From Myxococcota bacterium (GTDB lineage: Bacteria > Myxococcota_A > UBA9160 > SMWR01), in the NCBI GenBank assembly GCA_036482635.1, contig JAZFWH010000281.1, forward strand, positions 1-48,216: a DNA stretch of 48,216 nt, in the 5' to 3' direction. Made by a program: the position numbers and the translations under genes. Under the pieces are notes generated by a model, which ran no database searches, was not told the origin of the DNA, and saw only the letters and a program-made list of their open reading frames with translations. Below, piece by piece: positions 21,002-34,732 of the stretch; the first letter of the stretch is position 1, and every line of letters begins with the position of its first letter.

Positions 21002-21283
21002 CGTTTTTCATAGTGTTTTCGGGACATTAGCGAGTGGTCCCGTCGGGTCGGAGGCCCTGAGAGCGGCTCCAGACCCCCGCTAGCCCCGCCACGCCGGCGC
21101 GTTCCCAGGCGCGCGGGCGTTTTCACTCTGACTGACTCCCGATGCGGCTCGCCAACGCCGGAGGGCACCGGTGCGGACGGCATCCCCACAGGGGATCCCA
21201 ACGCCGGGCCGAACGTGCTCGCCCCGCGCCCGCGCGGGGCGGCCCGACCCGAACACCGCCCCCCGCGGCATCGGAAAGGACCC

Positions 21284-23079
<1,796 letters not shown>

Positions 23080-23080
<1 letters not shown>

Positions 23081-23391
23081 TGTACGCGGTGGTCCGCACG
23101 GGCGGAAAGCAGGTGCGCGTCGAGGCGGGCCGGGCCTTCCGCTTCGAGAAGCTCGAAGGCGCCGTGGGCGACCGGGTCGAGCTGAACGAGGTGTTGCTGC
23201 TCGGTGGCGAAGGCGCCGCGCGGGTGGGCACGCCCCTGCTCGACGGAGTGAAGGTCGTGGGCACGATCACGGCGCAGGGCCGCGCGCGCAAGATCACGGT
23301 CTTCAAGATGAAGCGCCGCAAGGGCTATCGACGCAAGAGCGGGCATCGCCAGTTCTACACCGAGGTCCGCGTGGACGGGATCGAGGCCTGA
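23080..23391 (+). CDS. rplU: 50S ribosomal protein L21
   Basis: MYAVVRTGGKQ, FKMKRRKGYRRKSGHRQ. Confidence 0.97.
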
Positions 23392-23394
23392 GCC

Positions 23395-25973
<2,579 letters not shown>

Positions 25974-25977
<4 letters not shown>

Positions 25978-27230
25978 AGCTCGACCGCCTCATCCACGAC
26001 CTCGCGCTTCGGGCGCGCGCCGCTGCCGAGCTCGCGGGCGAGCTCTCCACGCGCGACAAGAACGCCTGGCTGCTGCGCTGCGCGGAGCGGCTGGAGGCGG
26101 CGCGCTCGAGCATCCGCGAGGCCAACGCCGTCGACCTGCGCGAGGCGGAGGCGAAGGGCGTCGCGGCCCCACTGGTGAGACGCCTGGAGCTCTCGGACTC
26201 CAAGTGGAGCGACATGATCGCCGGGTTGCGCGACGTGGCGGCCCTGCCGGATCCCGTCGGGCGCGTCGAGCGCATGGAGGTCCGCCCCAACGGCCTGCGC
26301 GTGGGCCGCATGCGGATCCCGCTCGGGGTGATCGGAATCATCTACGAGTCGCGCCCCAACGTCACGGTGGACGCCGCCGCGCTGTGCGTCAAGGCGGGCA
26401 ACGCCGTAATCCTGAGGGGAGGCTCCGAGGCCCTGCACTCGAATCTCGCCCTCGCCGACGAGCTGCGCGCCGCGGCGCGCGAGACGCACGTCCCGGAGGA
26501 CGCCGTCTGCATCGTGCCGCTGACCGATCGCTCGGCGATCGACCACCTGCTGCGCGAAGACCAGTGCGTGGACCTGATCATCCCGCGCGGGGGGCCGGCG
26601 CTGATCCGCAAGGTCACGGAGGACTCCCTCATTCCCGTGATCAAGCACGACCAGGGCATCTGCCACGCCTTCATCGACGCCGACGCGGACCCCGAGATGG
26701 CCGAGCGCATCGTCATCGACTCGAAGATCCGGCAGATGGCGGTGTGCAACGGCGTCGAGACCCTGCTCGTGCACCGCGATGCGGCGAAGACCGTCATGCC
26801 GCGCGTGCTCAAGGCCCTGCACGAGGAGGGCGTGGAGCTGCGCGGCGATGCGCAGACCTGCGAGCTCTTCGGCGACGCGCAGCCCGCCGTTGAAGCCGAC
26901 TGGAGCGAGGAGTACCTGGCCCCGATCCTGGCGGTGCGCGTGGTCGAGGACCTCGACGCGGCGATCGACCACATCCGTCGCTACGGGTCGAACCTCACCG
27001 AGATCATCGTGACCCGGGACTACCGAAGCGCCCAGGAGTTCCTGCGCCGGGTGAACTCCTCGACGGTGGGCGTCAACTGCTCCACCGCCTTCGCCGACGG
27101 CTACCGCCTCGGGCTCGGCGCCGAGATCGGAATCTCCACCTCGAAGCTGCACGCCTTCGGTCCGATGGGCCTCGAGGAGCTCACCACGCGGAAGTTCGTG
27201 CTCTACGGCGACGGCCAGCTGCGCGAATGA
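25974..27230 (+). CDS. proA: Glutamate-5-semialdehyde dehydrogenase
   Basis: PLGVIGIIYESRPNV, LRGGSEA, IPRGG, VCNGVET, GAEIGIST.KLHA.GPMGL. Start reassigned to ATG 25974. Confidence 0.96.
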
Positions 27231-27922
27231 CCGAGCGCCCCAGGGTCGGGATCCTCGGCGGGACCTTCAATCCCATCCACATAGGCCACCTGCACGGCGC
27301 GGAGGAGACACGCGAGGCCCTCGGGCTCGAGCGCGTGATCTTCGTGCCCTGCGCGCAGCCGCCCCACAAGCGAGCCACGCGGAGCGACCCGATCGCGCCC
27401 GCTGCCGAGCGGCTGGCCTGGGTCCGCGCCGCCACCCGCGACAACCCGTGCTTCGAGGTCGATGCCCTGGAGATCGAGCGCGGGGGCGCCTCGTACTCCG
27501 TCGAGACCCTGCGCGCGATCGGCGCGCGGATCGGGCCGGAGCGGCCGGTCTTCGTGCTGGGCCAGGACGCATTTCGCGAGATGGGCTCCTGGCGGGAGCC
27601 CGAAGCGCTGTTCGCACTGGCCCACTTCGCCGTGATCACGCGGCCGCCGCTCGACAAGGGCTCCCTCGCGGAGTGGCTGCCTGAGGCGGTGCGCAACGAC
27701 GTGGAGCTGGCACCGGACGGTCTCTCGGGGCTCCACCGGCCGGCGGGGACCTGGCTGCGGATCCTGGAGATCCGCGCCCTCGACGTGTCGGCCTCCGACA
27801 TCCGGGCTCGACTGCGCGGGGGCCGCTCGGTGCGGTACCTGGTTCCGGAGGTGATCCGCGAGGCCCTGGTGGAGAGCGGCGTCTACGGCGGGAGCCGAGT
27901 GGAGCGGAAAGCGCGCGGATGA
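27227..27922 (+). CDS. nadD: Nicotinate-nucleotide adenylyltransferase
   Basis: GGTFNPIHIGH, PPHK, SYSVETL, VSASDIR. Confidence 0.95.
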   Translation: MTERPRVGILGGTFNPIHIGHLHGAEETREALGLERVIFVPCAQPPHKRATRSDPIAPAAERLAWVRAATRDNPCFEVDALEIERGGASYSVETLRAIGARIGPERPVFVLGQDAFREMGSWREPEALFALAHFAVITRPPLDKGSLAEWLPEAVRNDVELAPDGLSGLHRPAGTWLRILEIRALDVSASDIRARLRGGRSVRYLVPEVIREALVESGVYGGSRVERKARG

Positions 27923-28293
27923 GCGGCCTGGATCGGCTGTCGAAGGCCTCGGTCGTCGCCGAAGCGGCCCTGGATCGAAAGGCCGAGGACCTGGTCGCGC
28001 TCGACGTGCGCGAGGTCGTGTCCTTCGCCGACACCTTCGTCCTCGCCACCGGCACCTCGGACCGCCACGCCCGCGCCATCGCCGACTCCGTCGAGGCCGC
28101 CGTCACGGCTCGCGGAGAGGCGCTGCTGGGCGTAGAGGGTTACGAAGAAGGCCGCTGGGTGCTGATCGATCTCGGCGACGTGATCGTGCACATCTTCCAG
28201 CGAGAGGTGAGGGAGAAGTACGACCTCGAGCGGCTGTGGAGCGACGCGCCGGTCCTGGAGCTCGAGGACCGCGCCGCGCGGACGGTGGGTTGA
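27919..28293 (+). CDS. rsfS: Ribosome silencing factor
   Basis: DRKAEDLVALDV, WVLIDLGDVIVHIF, YDLERLW. Follows nadD. Confidence 0.95.
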   Translation: MSGLDRLSKASVVAEAALDRKAEDLVALDVREVVSFADTFVLATGTSDRHARAIADSVEAAVTARGEALLGVEGYEEGRWVLIDLGDVIVHIFQREVREKYDLERLWSDAPVLELEDRAARTVG

Positions 28294-29837
28294 TGAGCGG
28301 ACCGGTCGTACTCGTCATACTCGACGGCTTCGGGATCGGCGACGGCGGCGCCGCCGACGCCACGGCCGTGGCGCACACGCCCTTCTTCGAGCGCGCGCGG
28401 CGCAGCTATCCCACCGCGCGCATCGAGACCTCGGGAGAGTCGGTCGGACTGCCGCCCGGCCAGATGGGCAACTCCGAGGTGGGGCACATGACGATCGGCG
28501 CCGGGCGCATCGTCGAGCAGGACATGACCCGCATCGGCAAGGCCATCGAGCAGGGCGAGCTCGAGCGGAACGCCGCCGTGGAGCAGGCGCTGGCCGCGCT
28601 GGAACGCAGCGGAGGCACGCTGCACCTGATCGGCCTGGTCTCCGACGGCGGCGTCCACAGCCACATCGAACACCTGAAGGCGCTGCTCGCCCACTGCGGC
28701 CGCCGCGGGGTGCGCCCCGCCGTGCACGTCTTCCTCGACGGGCGCGACACACCGCCGCGCTCGGGCCTGGGTTACCTGCGAGAGCTACTGCCCCACGTGG
28801 AGCGCGTCGGCGGCCACGTGGCCACCGTGATGGGACGCTACTACGCGATGGATCGCGATCGGCGCTGGGAGCGCATCTCGGCCGCCTATCACGCGATGGT
28901 GTGTCGAGAGGGAATCCCCGCCACCGACGCGCTCTCCGCCGTGGAGCAGGCCTACGCGCGCGACGAAAGCGACGAGTTCGTGAAGCCCTGCGTGATCGAG
29001 GGCGGGGCGCCGATGGCCGACGGCGATGCCGTCATCTTCTTCAACTTCCGCGCGGACCGGGCGCGGCAGATCACGGCCGCGCTCAGCGACGCCAAGCCGG
29101 AGCTCTTCCGGGGCGAGCTCGAGCGCAAGCGGGTCCTGAAGCCGGCGGTCTTCGTCTGCCTCACCGAGTACGACGCGGACTACGACCTGCCCGTCGCCTT
29201 TGTCTCCGAGGCGCCGACGCACATCCTGGGAGAGGTGCTGGCCAGCGCCGGGCTCTCACAGCTGCGCATCGCCGAGACCGAGAAGTACGCCCACGTGACC
29301 TTCTTCTTCAACAACGGGCTGGAAGAACCCTTCCCGGGCGAGGACCGGGTGCTGATCCCGTCGCCGCGCGAGATCCCGACCTACGACCACAAGCCGGAGA
29401 TGAGTGCGCCCGAGGTGACCGAACAGCTGCTCCGCCGCCTGGCCCAGGAGGAGTACGCCTTCGTCCTGCTGAACTTCGCGAACTGCGACATGCTGGGGCA
29501 CACCGGGATCCTGGATGCCGCCGTGAAGGCGGTGGAGACCGTCGACCGCTGCGTCGAGCGTGTCGCCGACGCGGTATTGCAGCGCGGCGGCCGCGCGCTG
29601 ATCACCGCGGACCACGGAAACTGCGAGATGATGGTGGACCCGCGAACCGGACAGGTGCACACGGCCCACACCACGAATCCGGTGCCCCTGCTCTGGATCG
29701 TCCAGAACCCGGAGGGCCGGCGGCTGCGCGACGGCGGCCTCGCCGACCTCGCCCCCACGGTGCTCGACCTGCTCGGTCTGCCCGCGCCGCCGGAGATGAC
29801 CGGCCGCTCGCTGATCCGTACCCCCGACCGGAGCTAG
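28293..29837 (+). CDS. gpmI: 2,3-bisphosphoglycerate-independent phosphoglycerate mutase
   Basis: LVILDGFG, GQMGNSEVGH, SDGGVHSH, DGRDTPP, AETEKYAHVTFF, DMLGHTG, TADHGN. Start ATG 28293. Confidence 0.97.
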   Translation: MSGPVVLVILDGFGIGDGGAADATAVAHTPFFERARRSYPTARIETSGESVGLPPGQMGNSEVGHMTIGAGRIVEQDMTRIGKAIEQGELERNAAVEQALAALERSGGTLHLIGLVSDGGVHSHIEHLKALLAHCGRRGVRPAVHVFLDGRDTPPRSGLGYLRELLPHVERVGGHVATVMGRYYAMDRDRRWERISAAYHAMVCREGIPATDALSAVEQAYARDESDEFVKPCVIEGGAPMADGDAVIFFNFRADRARQITAALSDAKPELFRGELERKRVLKPAVFVCLTEYDADYDLPVAFVSEAPTHILGEVLASAGLSQLRIAETEKYAHVTFFFNNGLEEPFPGEDRVLIPSPREIPTYDHKPEMSAPEVTEQLLRRLAQEEYAFVLLNFANCDMLGHTGILDAAVKAVETVDRCVERVADAVLQRGGRALITADHGNCEMMVDPRTGQVHTAHTTNPVPLLWIVQNPEGRRLRDGGLADLAPTVLDLLGLPAPPEMTGRSLIRTPDRS

Positions 29838-29841
29838 TCCG

Positions 29842-30591
29842 CTGAAACTCCGCTCCGCTCGGCTGCGCGGCGCACTGCGCGGCCTGCTCGACCTCGCGGC
29901 GCCGCCGTGCTGCGCGGCCTGCGCGGGCGCGCTGGACGCTGGCGCCGCCCTGTGCCGGGCCTGCAACGCGGCGCTGCCCCACATCTCGCTCTCGCGTTGC
30001 GCGCTGTGCCAGCAGGCCCGGGGCTCCGAGCCCGGCGGTCGCTGCGCGGCGTGCGAGCGGGCGCCGTCGCCGCTGGAGGCTTGCGTCGCGGCCGTGGCCT
30101 TCCGCGGCGAACTGGTGCGCTGGATGCACCGCTTCAAGTACCCGAGCCCAGGCCTGGCGGGGCTCGACCCGGCGCCCCTCGCCGTGGTGCGAGCGTGCAT
30201 CCGGGAGGCCGGCGCCCGGGCCCCCGGACCGCGTCCCCAGCTGGTGGTCCCGGTTCCCCTCCACCCTCGTCGTCTGCGGACCCGGGGCTTCAACCCCGCC
30301 GGGCTGCTGGCCCGCGAGCTCTCCCGACGGCTGGCCGTGCCCTGGGACGCGGTGGCCCTGCGCCGCATGCGCGACACCCCCAGCCAGACGGGGCTCGAGC
30401 GGAGTGCGCGGCGGCGCAACGGGCGCGGCGCCTTTCGCGCGCAGCCCGGGCTGCGCGCCCCGGCGCGCGTCTGGCTGGTGGACGACGTGGTCACCACCGG
30501 AAGCACGCTGAGCGAAGCGGCGCGCGCGCTGCGCCGAGCCGGTGCGCGCCAGGTGATCGCCGTCTGTGCCGCACGAACTCTCAGCGAGTGA
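29842..30591 (+). CDS. comF: ComF family protein (double zinc ribbon plus PRTase-like domain), probable CTG start
   Basis: Frame is open from 29815 and encodes LLDL..PPCCAAC..LCRAC..CALC..CAAC upstream of the track's GTG 30094. Also FKY, PVPLH..R...RGFN, LVDDVVTTGST. Confidence 0.85.
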   Translation: MKLRSARLRGALRGLLDLAAPPCCAACAGALDAGAALCRACNAALPHISLSRCALCQQARGSEPGGRCAACERAPSPLEACVAAVAFRGELVRWMHRFKYPSPGLAGLDPAPLAVVRACIREAGARAPGPRPQLVVPVPLHPRRLRTRGFNPAGLLARELSRRLAVPWDAVALRRMRDTPSQTGLERSARRRNGRGAFRAQPGLRAPARVWLVDDVVTTGSTLSEAARALRRAGARQVIAVCAARTLSE

Positions 30592-30638
30592 ACGACACCG
30601 GCAAACCCGAGGCGGGGGCCGCCCGCCTCCTGTGCCCG

Positions 30639-31727
30639 TCAGGAGCGGGGCTTCGCCCGCCCCCCCTTCGACACGGTTTCGGCGATCACCTGGCGCAGCC
30701 GCTCGGGATCGACGGGCTTCTTGAAGACCACCCCCTCCAGCCCCTCGGCCCGGCTGCGCTGGATGATGTGGTCCTTGTCGTAGTGGAAGGCCGTCATCAT
30801 CAGCACGGGCAGCTGGGGGTGGCGCTCGCGCAGCGCGTGGTGGAGCTCGTAGCCATCCATGTTCGGCATCACCACATCGCTCAGGACCAGGTCGAACTCC
30901 GTCGCGTCCACCCGCCGCAGCGCCTCCAGCCCGTCGCAGGCCGCCTCCACGCTGCAGCCCTGGGCTTCGAGGATCTCCTCGAGGGTGCGGCAGATGCCCA
31001 GGTCGTCGTCGACGACCAGGATCCTCAGCCCGGCCAGGCGGGCATCGCGCGGTCCCGCAGGCGGACGATGGCGTCGCAGGTCGATCATCTTGGTCGGCCC
31101 TACGTACTCGACAGTCTGGTACTGCTCGCTCTCCACCATCTCGCTCAGCCGCGCCAGGATGTCCGAGATGCGTGCAATCTCGCGGCGCGTGGCGTGCAGC
31201 CGTTCCGACTCGACGGACGTGTCGCGGTCGCCCGCCAGGCGATCGATCTCTCCCTCCAGCAGCTCCACCTGGTTGAGGATCACCCCGAGCGGGGTGTTGA
31301 TCTCGTGGGAGAGACCGACCACCACCTCTCCCAGGGTCGCCAGCTGGTCCTTGCGCAAGATCTCGCGCAGGTCCTTGGCGAAGCCGATGGTTCCGTCCTC
31401 TTCGCTGTTCTCGTCGTAGCTGAGGGTGCCGGAGATGGCGACCGGGATGCGCTCACCGGCCTTGGACAGGAAGGTGGTCTGGAACGTCTCGACGATGCCC
31501 GCGCCGCCGTGGCCTGGATCTCGCATCGCGGCCATGACCCGTTTGGCCTCCGCCAGATCGGGGTAGAGCTGCGCGGCGTACTTGCCGAGGATCTCGTCCT
31601 GCGTGTAGCCGAGGCTGCGCTTGGCACCGTCGTTGTAATAGACCACCTCACCCTTGCGGTTGGTGGCGACGACGATGTCGGTGGACCGGGCGATCAGCCC
31701 CTCGAGCCGCTCCTTGGAGAGCGCCAT
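30639..31727 (-). CDS. PAS - HisKA(DHp) - receiver protein lacking a HATPase domain
   Basis: PAS (GEVVYYN..A...LGY...E, GERIPV..S, IGFAKD), H-box LSHEINTPL, then YVGPTKMIDL, then REC (ILVVDDD, LSDVVMP, MTA, KP). Confidence 0.85.
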   Translation of the reverse strand: MALSKERLEGLIARSTDIVVATNRKGEVVYYNDGAKRSLGYTQDEILGKYAAQLYPDLAEAKRVMAAMRDPGHGGAGIVETFQTTFLSKAGERIPVAISGTLSYDENSEEDGTIGFAKDLREILRKDQLATLGEVVVGLSHEINTPLGVILNQVELLEGEIDRLAGDRDTSVESERLHATRREIARISDILARLSEMVESEQYQTVEYVGPTKMIDLRRHRPPAGPRDARLAGLRILVVDDDLGICRTLEEILEAQGCSVEAACDGLEALRRVDATEFDLVLSDVVMPNMDGYELHHALRERHPQLPVLMMTAFHYDKDHIIQRSRAEGLEGVVFKKPVDPERLRQVIAETVSKGGRAKPRS

Positions 31728-31791
31728 GCCACGCCAGCCTAGATCCCCGCTTGACGGCCAGCAAGCCCGCGCGGGGATCCTGTTCGCTGCT

Positions 31792-32994
31792 CTACGCGAT
31801 TCCCCGCTCGCCGAGCCAACGCTCGGCGTCGATGGCGGCCATCGAACCGGTGCCGGCCGCCGTGATCGCCTGCCGGTAGCTGGGATCCATGACGTCGCCC
31901 GCGGCGAACACGCCCTCCACCGAGGTGCGCGTGGTTCCCGGCTCCGTCTTCACGTAGCCCACCGGGTCGAGCTCGACCTGCCCGCGCACCAGCAGTGTGT
32001 TCGGCTGGTGGCCGATCGCGACGAAGAGCGCCTCGACGGGAAGCTCGCGCACTTCGTCGCTCAGCAGGTCGCGGACGCGCACGCCCGTCACGAACTGGTC
32101 GCCGAGCACCTCCTCGACCGCCGAGTTCCAGACGAACTCGATCTTCTCGTTCGCCCGCGCCCGCTCCTGCATGATCCGCGAGGCGCGCAGCCGATCGCGG
32201 CGATGGATGACCGAGACCCGGGTGGCGAAACGCGTCAGGAAGAGCGCCTCCTCCATGGCGGTGTCGCCGCCGCCCACCACCGCCATGGCCTTGCCGCGGA
32301 AGAGGGCTCCGTCGCAGGTGGCGCAGGCGGAGACGCCGTTGTTCTGCAAGCGCGTCTCGGACTCCAGCCCGAGCCACTTGGCGGACGCCCCCATCGCCAG
32401 GACCAGCGCGTCGGCGCTGAAGGAACGCTCGGCCGTCCTCACCCGGAAGGGGCGCTGTGTCAGGTCGAGCTCGGTGGCGTCCTCCGCGTGCACGTCCGCT
32501 CCGAAGCGTTCGGCCTGCTTCTGGAACATCTCCATCATCGCCGGGCCCGTCACACCGTCGGGGAATCCCGGATAGTTCTCGACGTCGGTCGTCAGCATCA
32601 GCTGGCCGCCGAACTGCAGGCCCGCCAGCACCACCGGCTTGAGCTCTGCGCGGGCGGCGTAGATCGCGGCCGTGTAGCCCGCCGGCCCGCTTCCCACGAT
32701 CACGACCCGGCGGTGCTCCTCCTCCACGGGGGAGTGGCTGCGCAGCTCCAGCAGGGGGTCGAGCTCGCCGGCGTCTTCCAGGGCCGCCAGCTCATCGAAC
32801 CCCCCCACGTGGCGCTCGCCGATGAAGATCTGCGGCACAGTCCGGCGCCCGCTCCGCTCGATCATCTCCTGGCGGCGGGCGGGGTCGGCCTCGACGTCGA
32901 TCTCCGTCCACTCCTGGCCCTTCGAGGCGAGCAGCCGCTTCGCCATCGAGCAATACGGACAGCTCTCCTTCGAGTACATCACGATCGAGACCAC
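31792..32994 (-). CDS. trxB: Glutaredoxin (CPYC) - thioredoxin-disulfide reductase fusion
   Basis: N-terminal Grx3-like (CPYC, TVPQIFI, GGFDEL) contiguous in frame with TrxR (GSGPAG, CATCDG, GGGDTAMEEA, HRRDRLR, FAAGD). GTG 32994 with AGGAGG RBS. Confidence 0.93.
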   Translation of the reverse strand: MVSIVMYSKESCPYCSMAKRLLASKGQEWTEIDVEADPARRQEMIERSGRRTVPQIFIGERHVGGFDELAALEDAGELDPLLELRSHSPVEEEHRRVVIVGSGPAGYTAAIYAARAELKPVVLAGLQFGGQLMLTTDVENYPGFPDGVTGPAMMEMFQKQAERFGADVHAEDATELDLTQRPFRVRTAERSFSADALVLAMGASAKWLGLESETRLQNNGVSACATCDGALFRGKAMAVVGGGDTAMEEALFLTRFATRVSVIHRRDRLRASRIMQERARANEKIEFVWNSAVEEVLGDQFVTGVRVRDLLSDEVRELPVEALFVAIGHQPNTLLVRGQVELDPVGYVKTEPGTTRTSVEGVFAAGDVMDPSYRQAITAAGTGSMAAIDAERWLGERGIA

Positions 32995-33015
32995 GAGACC
33001 TCCTGTTTCGGGTCG

Positions 33016-33045
33016 ACTGTACCGGTTGGATGCCCGGGCGACCAA
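33016..33045 (-). promoter_or_regulatory. Possible sigma70 promoter for grx-trxB
   Basis: Minus strand TTGGTC-N18-TACAGT just upstream of the RBS. Confidence 0.4.
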
Positions 33046-33069
33046 GAGGATACGCCCGCGCCCACGGGG

Positions 33070-34599
33070 TCAGAGCGGCTCGGTGATCGGGATCTCCTCC
33101 CAGAGCAGCTGCAGGAAGGTGCCGATGAAGAACGAAAGGAAGGTCATCACGAAGATCGCCGCCGGGAACGTGTACAGGGGCTCCACCCCCAGCACCTTCG
33201 GCAGCTCCCCGATGAACGGCGGCAGGGTCCCCTTGAGCGACTCGATCGAGGCGGTCGGATCGTTTCCCCAGTTGCGGGCGGCCATGAAGCGGCCCACCAG
33301 ACCGGTGATCACCAGGCCGATCCCGAAGGACTGGAGGACGCCCAGCAGGAAGATCTGACGCGCCCGGCCGAAGGACTCCGTGGGGTCGCCGAGGCGGCGC
33401 TGGACCTCCACGTAGAGATAGAGGAGCGTGGTGAATCCGATCAGCAGCACCACGCTGCCCAGGGCGGCCCAGGAGCGTTCCGCCAGGTACCAGACCTCGT
33501 CGATGAAGAAGATCGGCAGGTAGCCCACGATGATGCCCGCGGCGATGCGCGGAACCGAGGCGCGGAAGAACGTCAGGTCTCGCTTCCAGCAGAAGCGATA
33601 CAGCATGAACCACGCGACGGCCGCGTAGGCCAGCGTGAGCTCGAGTGCACACAGCGCGTCGAACAGCAGCGGTGCCCGCTCGTAGAACAGCGCAGCGCCC
33701 GCGAACGGCGCCGCCAGGCCCGCCAGGGCCAGCAGGTAGTTCCGGGACGCGTGGCGGGTGAGCACCCGGTCCGCGTCGATCACCCCGCGCGCCACGTTGT
33801 CCTCGTGGTGGATCATCGCCGCGGCGTGGTAGACGTCGTACTGGCGCAGGAACCAGGCCTCGAGCTTCTTGAGCACCCGCAGGCAGTCGCGATTGCGGAG
33901 CCGGCACAAGAAGGGAGTCAGATCCCGGCCCCGGCGGATGTGGAGGCCGGCGTCGGCGCTGACCGCGCGCCGCACCTCGGTCTCTCGGCCCTCGAAGGGG
34001 GAGTCCTCGTTCTCGAAGGCGCGATTGTCCTCGTCGAGGCAGACGTCTTCGAGCCAGCGGTAGAAGGCCCGCTCGGCCAGGCGCACCAGCGAGCGGTTCA
34101 CCGCGTCGGGCTGGCCGCTCGCCATGGTGTAGAAGAATCCGGCCTCCGACAGGTCGTCGGCCGCGTCGACCGGATCCACCGTCCCGCGCACGTACGCGGC
34201 CAGGTAGTCGGGCGCGACGCGTCGCTCCATCAGGGCGAGCAGGGAGCGAAACGTCAGCTTCCGGAAATGGAAGGTCGCCATCTGGATCCCGGAACTCACC
34301 TCGCCGGCCCTGCCCGACACGAAGCGGAGCAGGATCTGGGACAGCAGCGCTACGTCCTCGTACACCCGGGTGAGCGCGCCCTCCGCGAGCCGCCCCTCGC
34401 CCTCCAGGCGCTCGAGAAGCGCCTCCAGGTAGCGGGGAATCGCCAGCACCAGCCGGGTGGTGAGCAGCTCCGCGTCGCGCCGGTTCGCGCGAGCCGAAAG
34501 CAGCCGGGGCTTGCGCGACAGATCGTCGAGCTGAAGGTAGATCTCGGCCGGGTCGTGGCGCTCGGCGTGAAACGAGAAGGTCTCGGGAAAGACGCGCAC
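33070..34599 (-). CDS. Hypothetical membrane protein (large soluble N-terminal part, about 6-7 C-terminal TM segments)
   Basis: Hydrophobic stretches in the C-terminal half (YLLALAGLAAPFAGAALF, IAAGIIVGYLPIFFI, VVLLIGFTTLLYLYV, IFVMTFLSFFIGTFLQLLW). Family not recognised. The start may lie further upstream. Confidence 0.75.
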   Translation of the reverse strand: MRVFPETFSFHAERHDPAEIYLQLDDLSRKPRLLSARANRRDAELLTTRLVLAIPRYLEALLERLEGEGRLAEGALTRVYEDVALLSQILLRFVSGRAGEVSSGIQMATFHFRKLTFRSLLALMERRVAPDYLAAYVRGTVDPVDAADDLSEAGFFYTMASGQPDAVNRSLVRLAERAFYRWLEDVCLDEDNRAFENEDSPFEGRETEVRRAVSADAGLHIRRGRDLTPFLCRLRNRDCLRVLKKLEAWFLRQYDVYHAAAMIHHEDNVARGVIDADRVLTRHASRNYLLALAGLAAPFAGAALFYERAPLLFDALCALELTLAYAAVAWFMLYRFCWKRDLTFFRASVPRIAAGIIVGYLPIFFIDEVWYLAERSWAALGSVVLLIGFTTLLYLYVEVQRRLGDPTESFGRARQIFLLGVLQSFGIGLVITGLVGRFMAARNWGNDPTASIESLKGTLPPFIGELPKVLGVEPLYTFPAAIFVMTFLSFFIGTFLQLLWEEIPITEPL

Positions 34600-34732
34600 G
34601 AAGCCGTTTCCGTCGTCGCGCTCGAAGCGGACTTCCCGCGCGTGAAAAGCGTACGTGAAGCGGAACCTGAGTTGCAGCCGCTCGATGCGCAGCTCGAGGC
34701 GATCCAGCGCCGAAGCGGCGCGCTGCGGAAGC

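Noticed and set aside
20824-21283. Possible tRNA-Sec (selC) next to selA
   Set aside because: No UCA anticodon arm (TTCAAA context), no GTTCGA T-loop and no cloverleaf on either strand.
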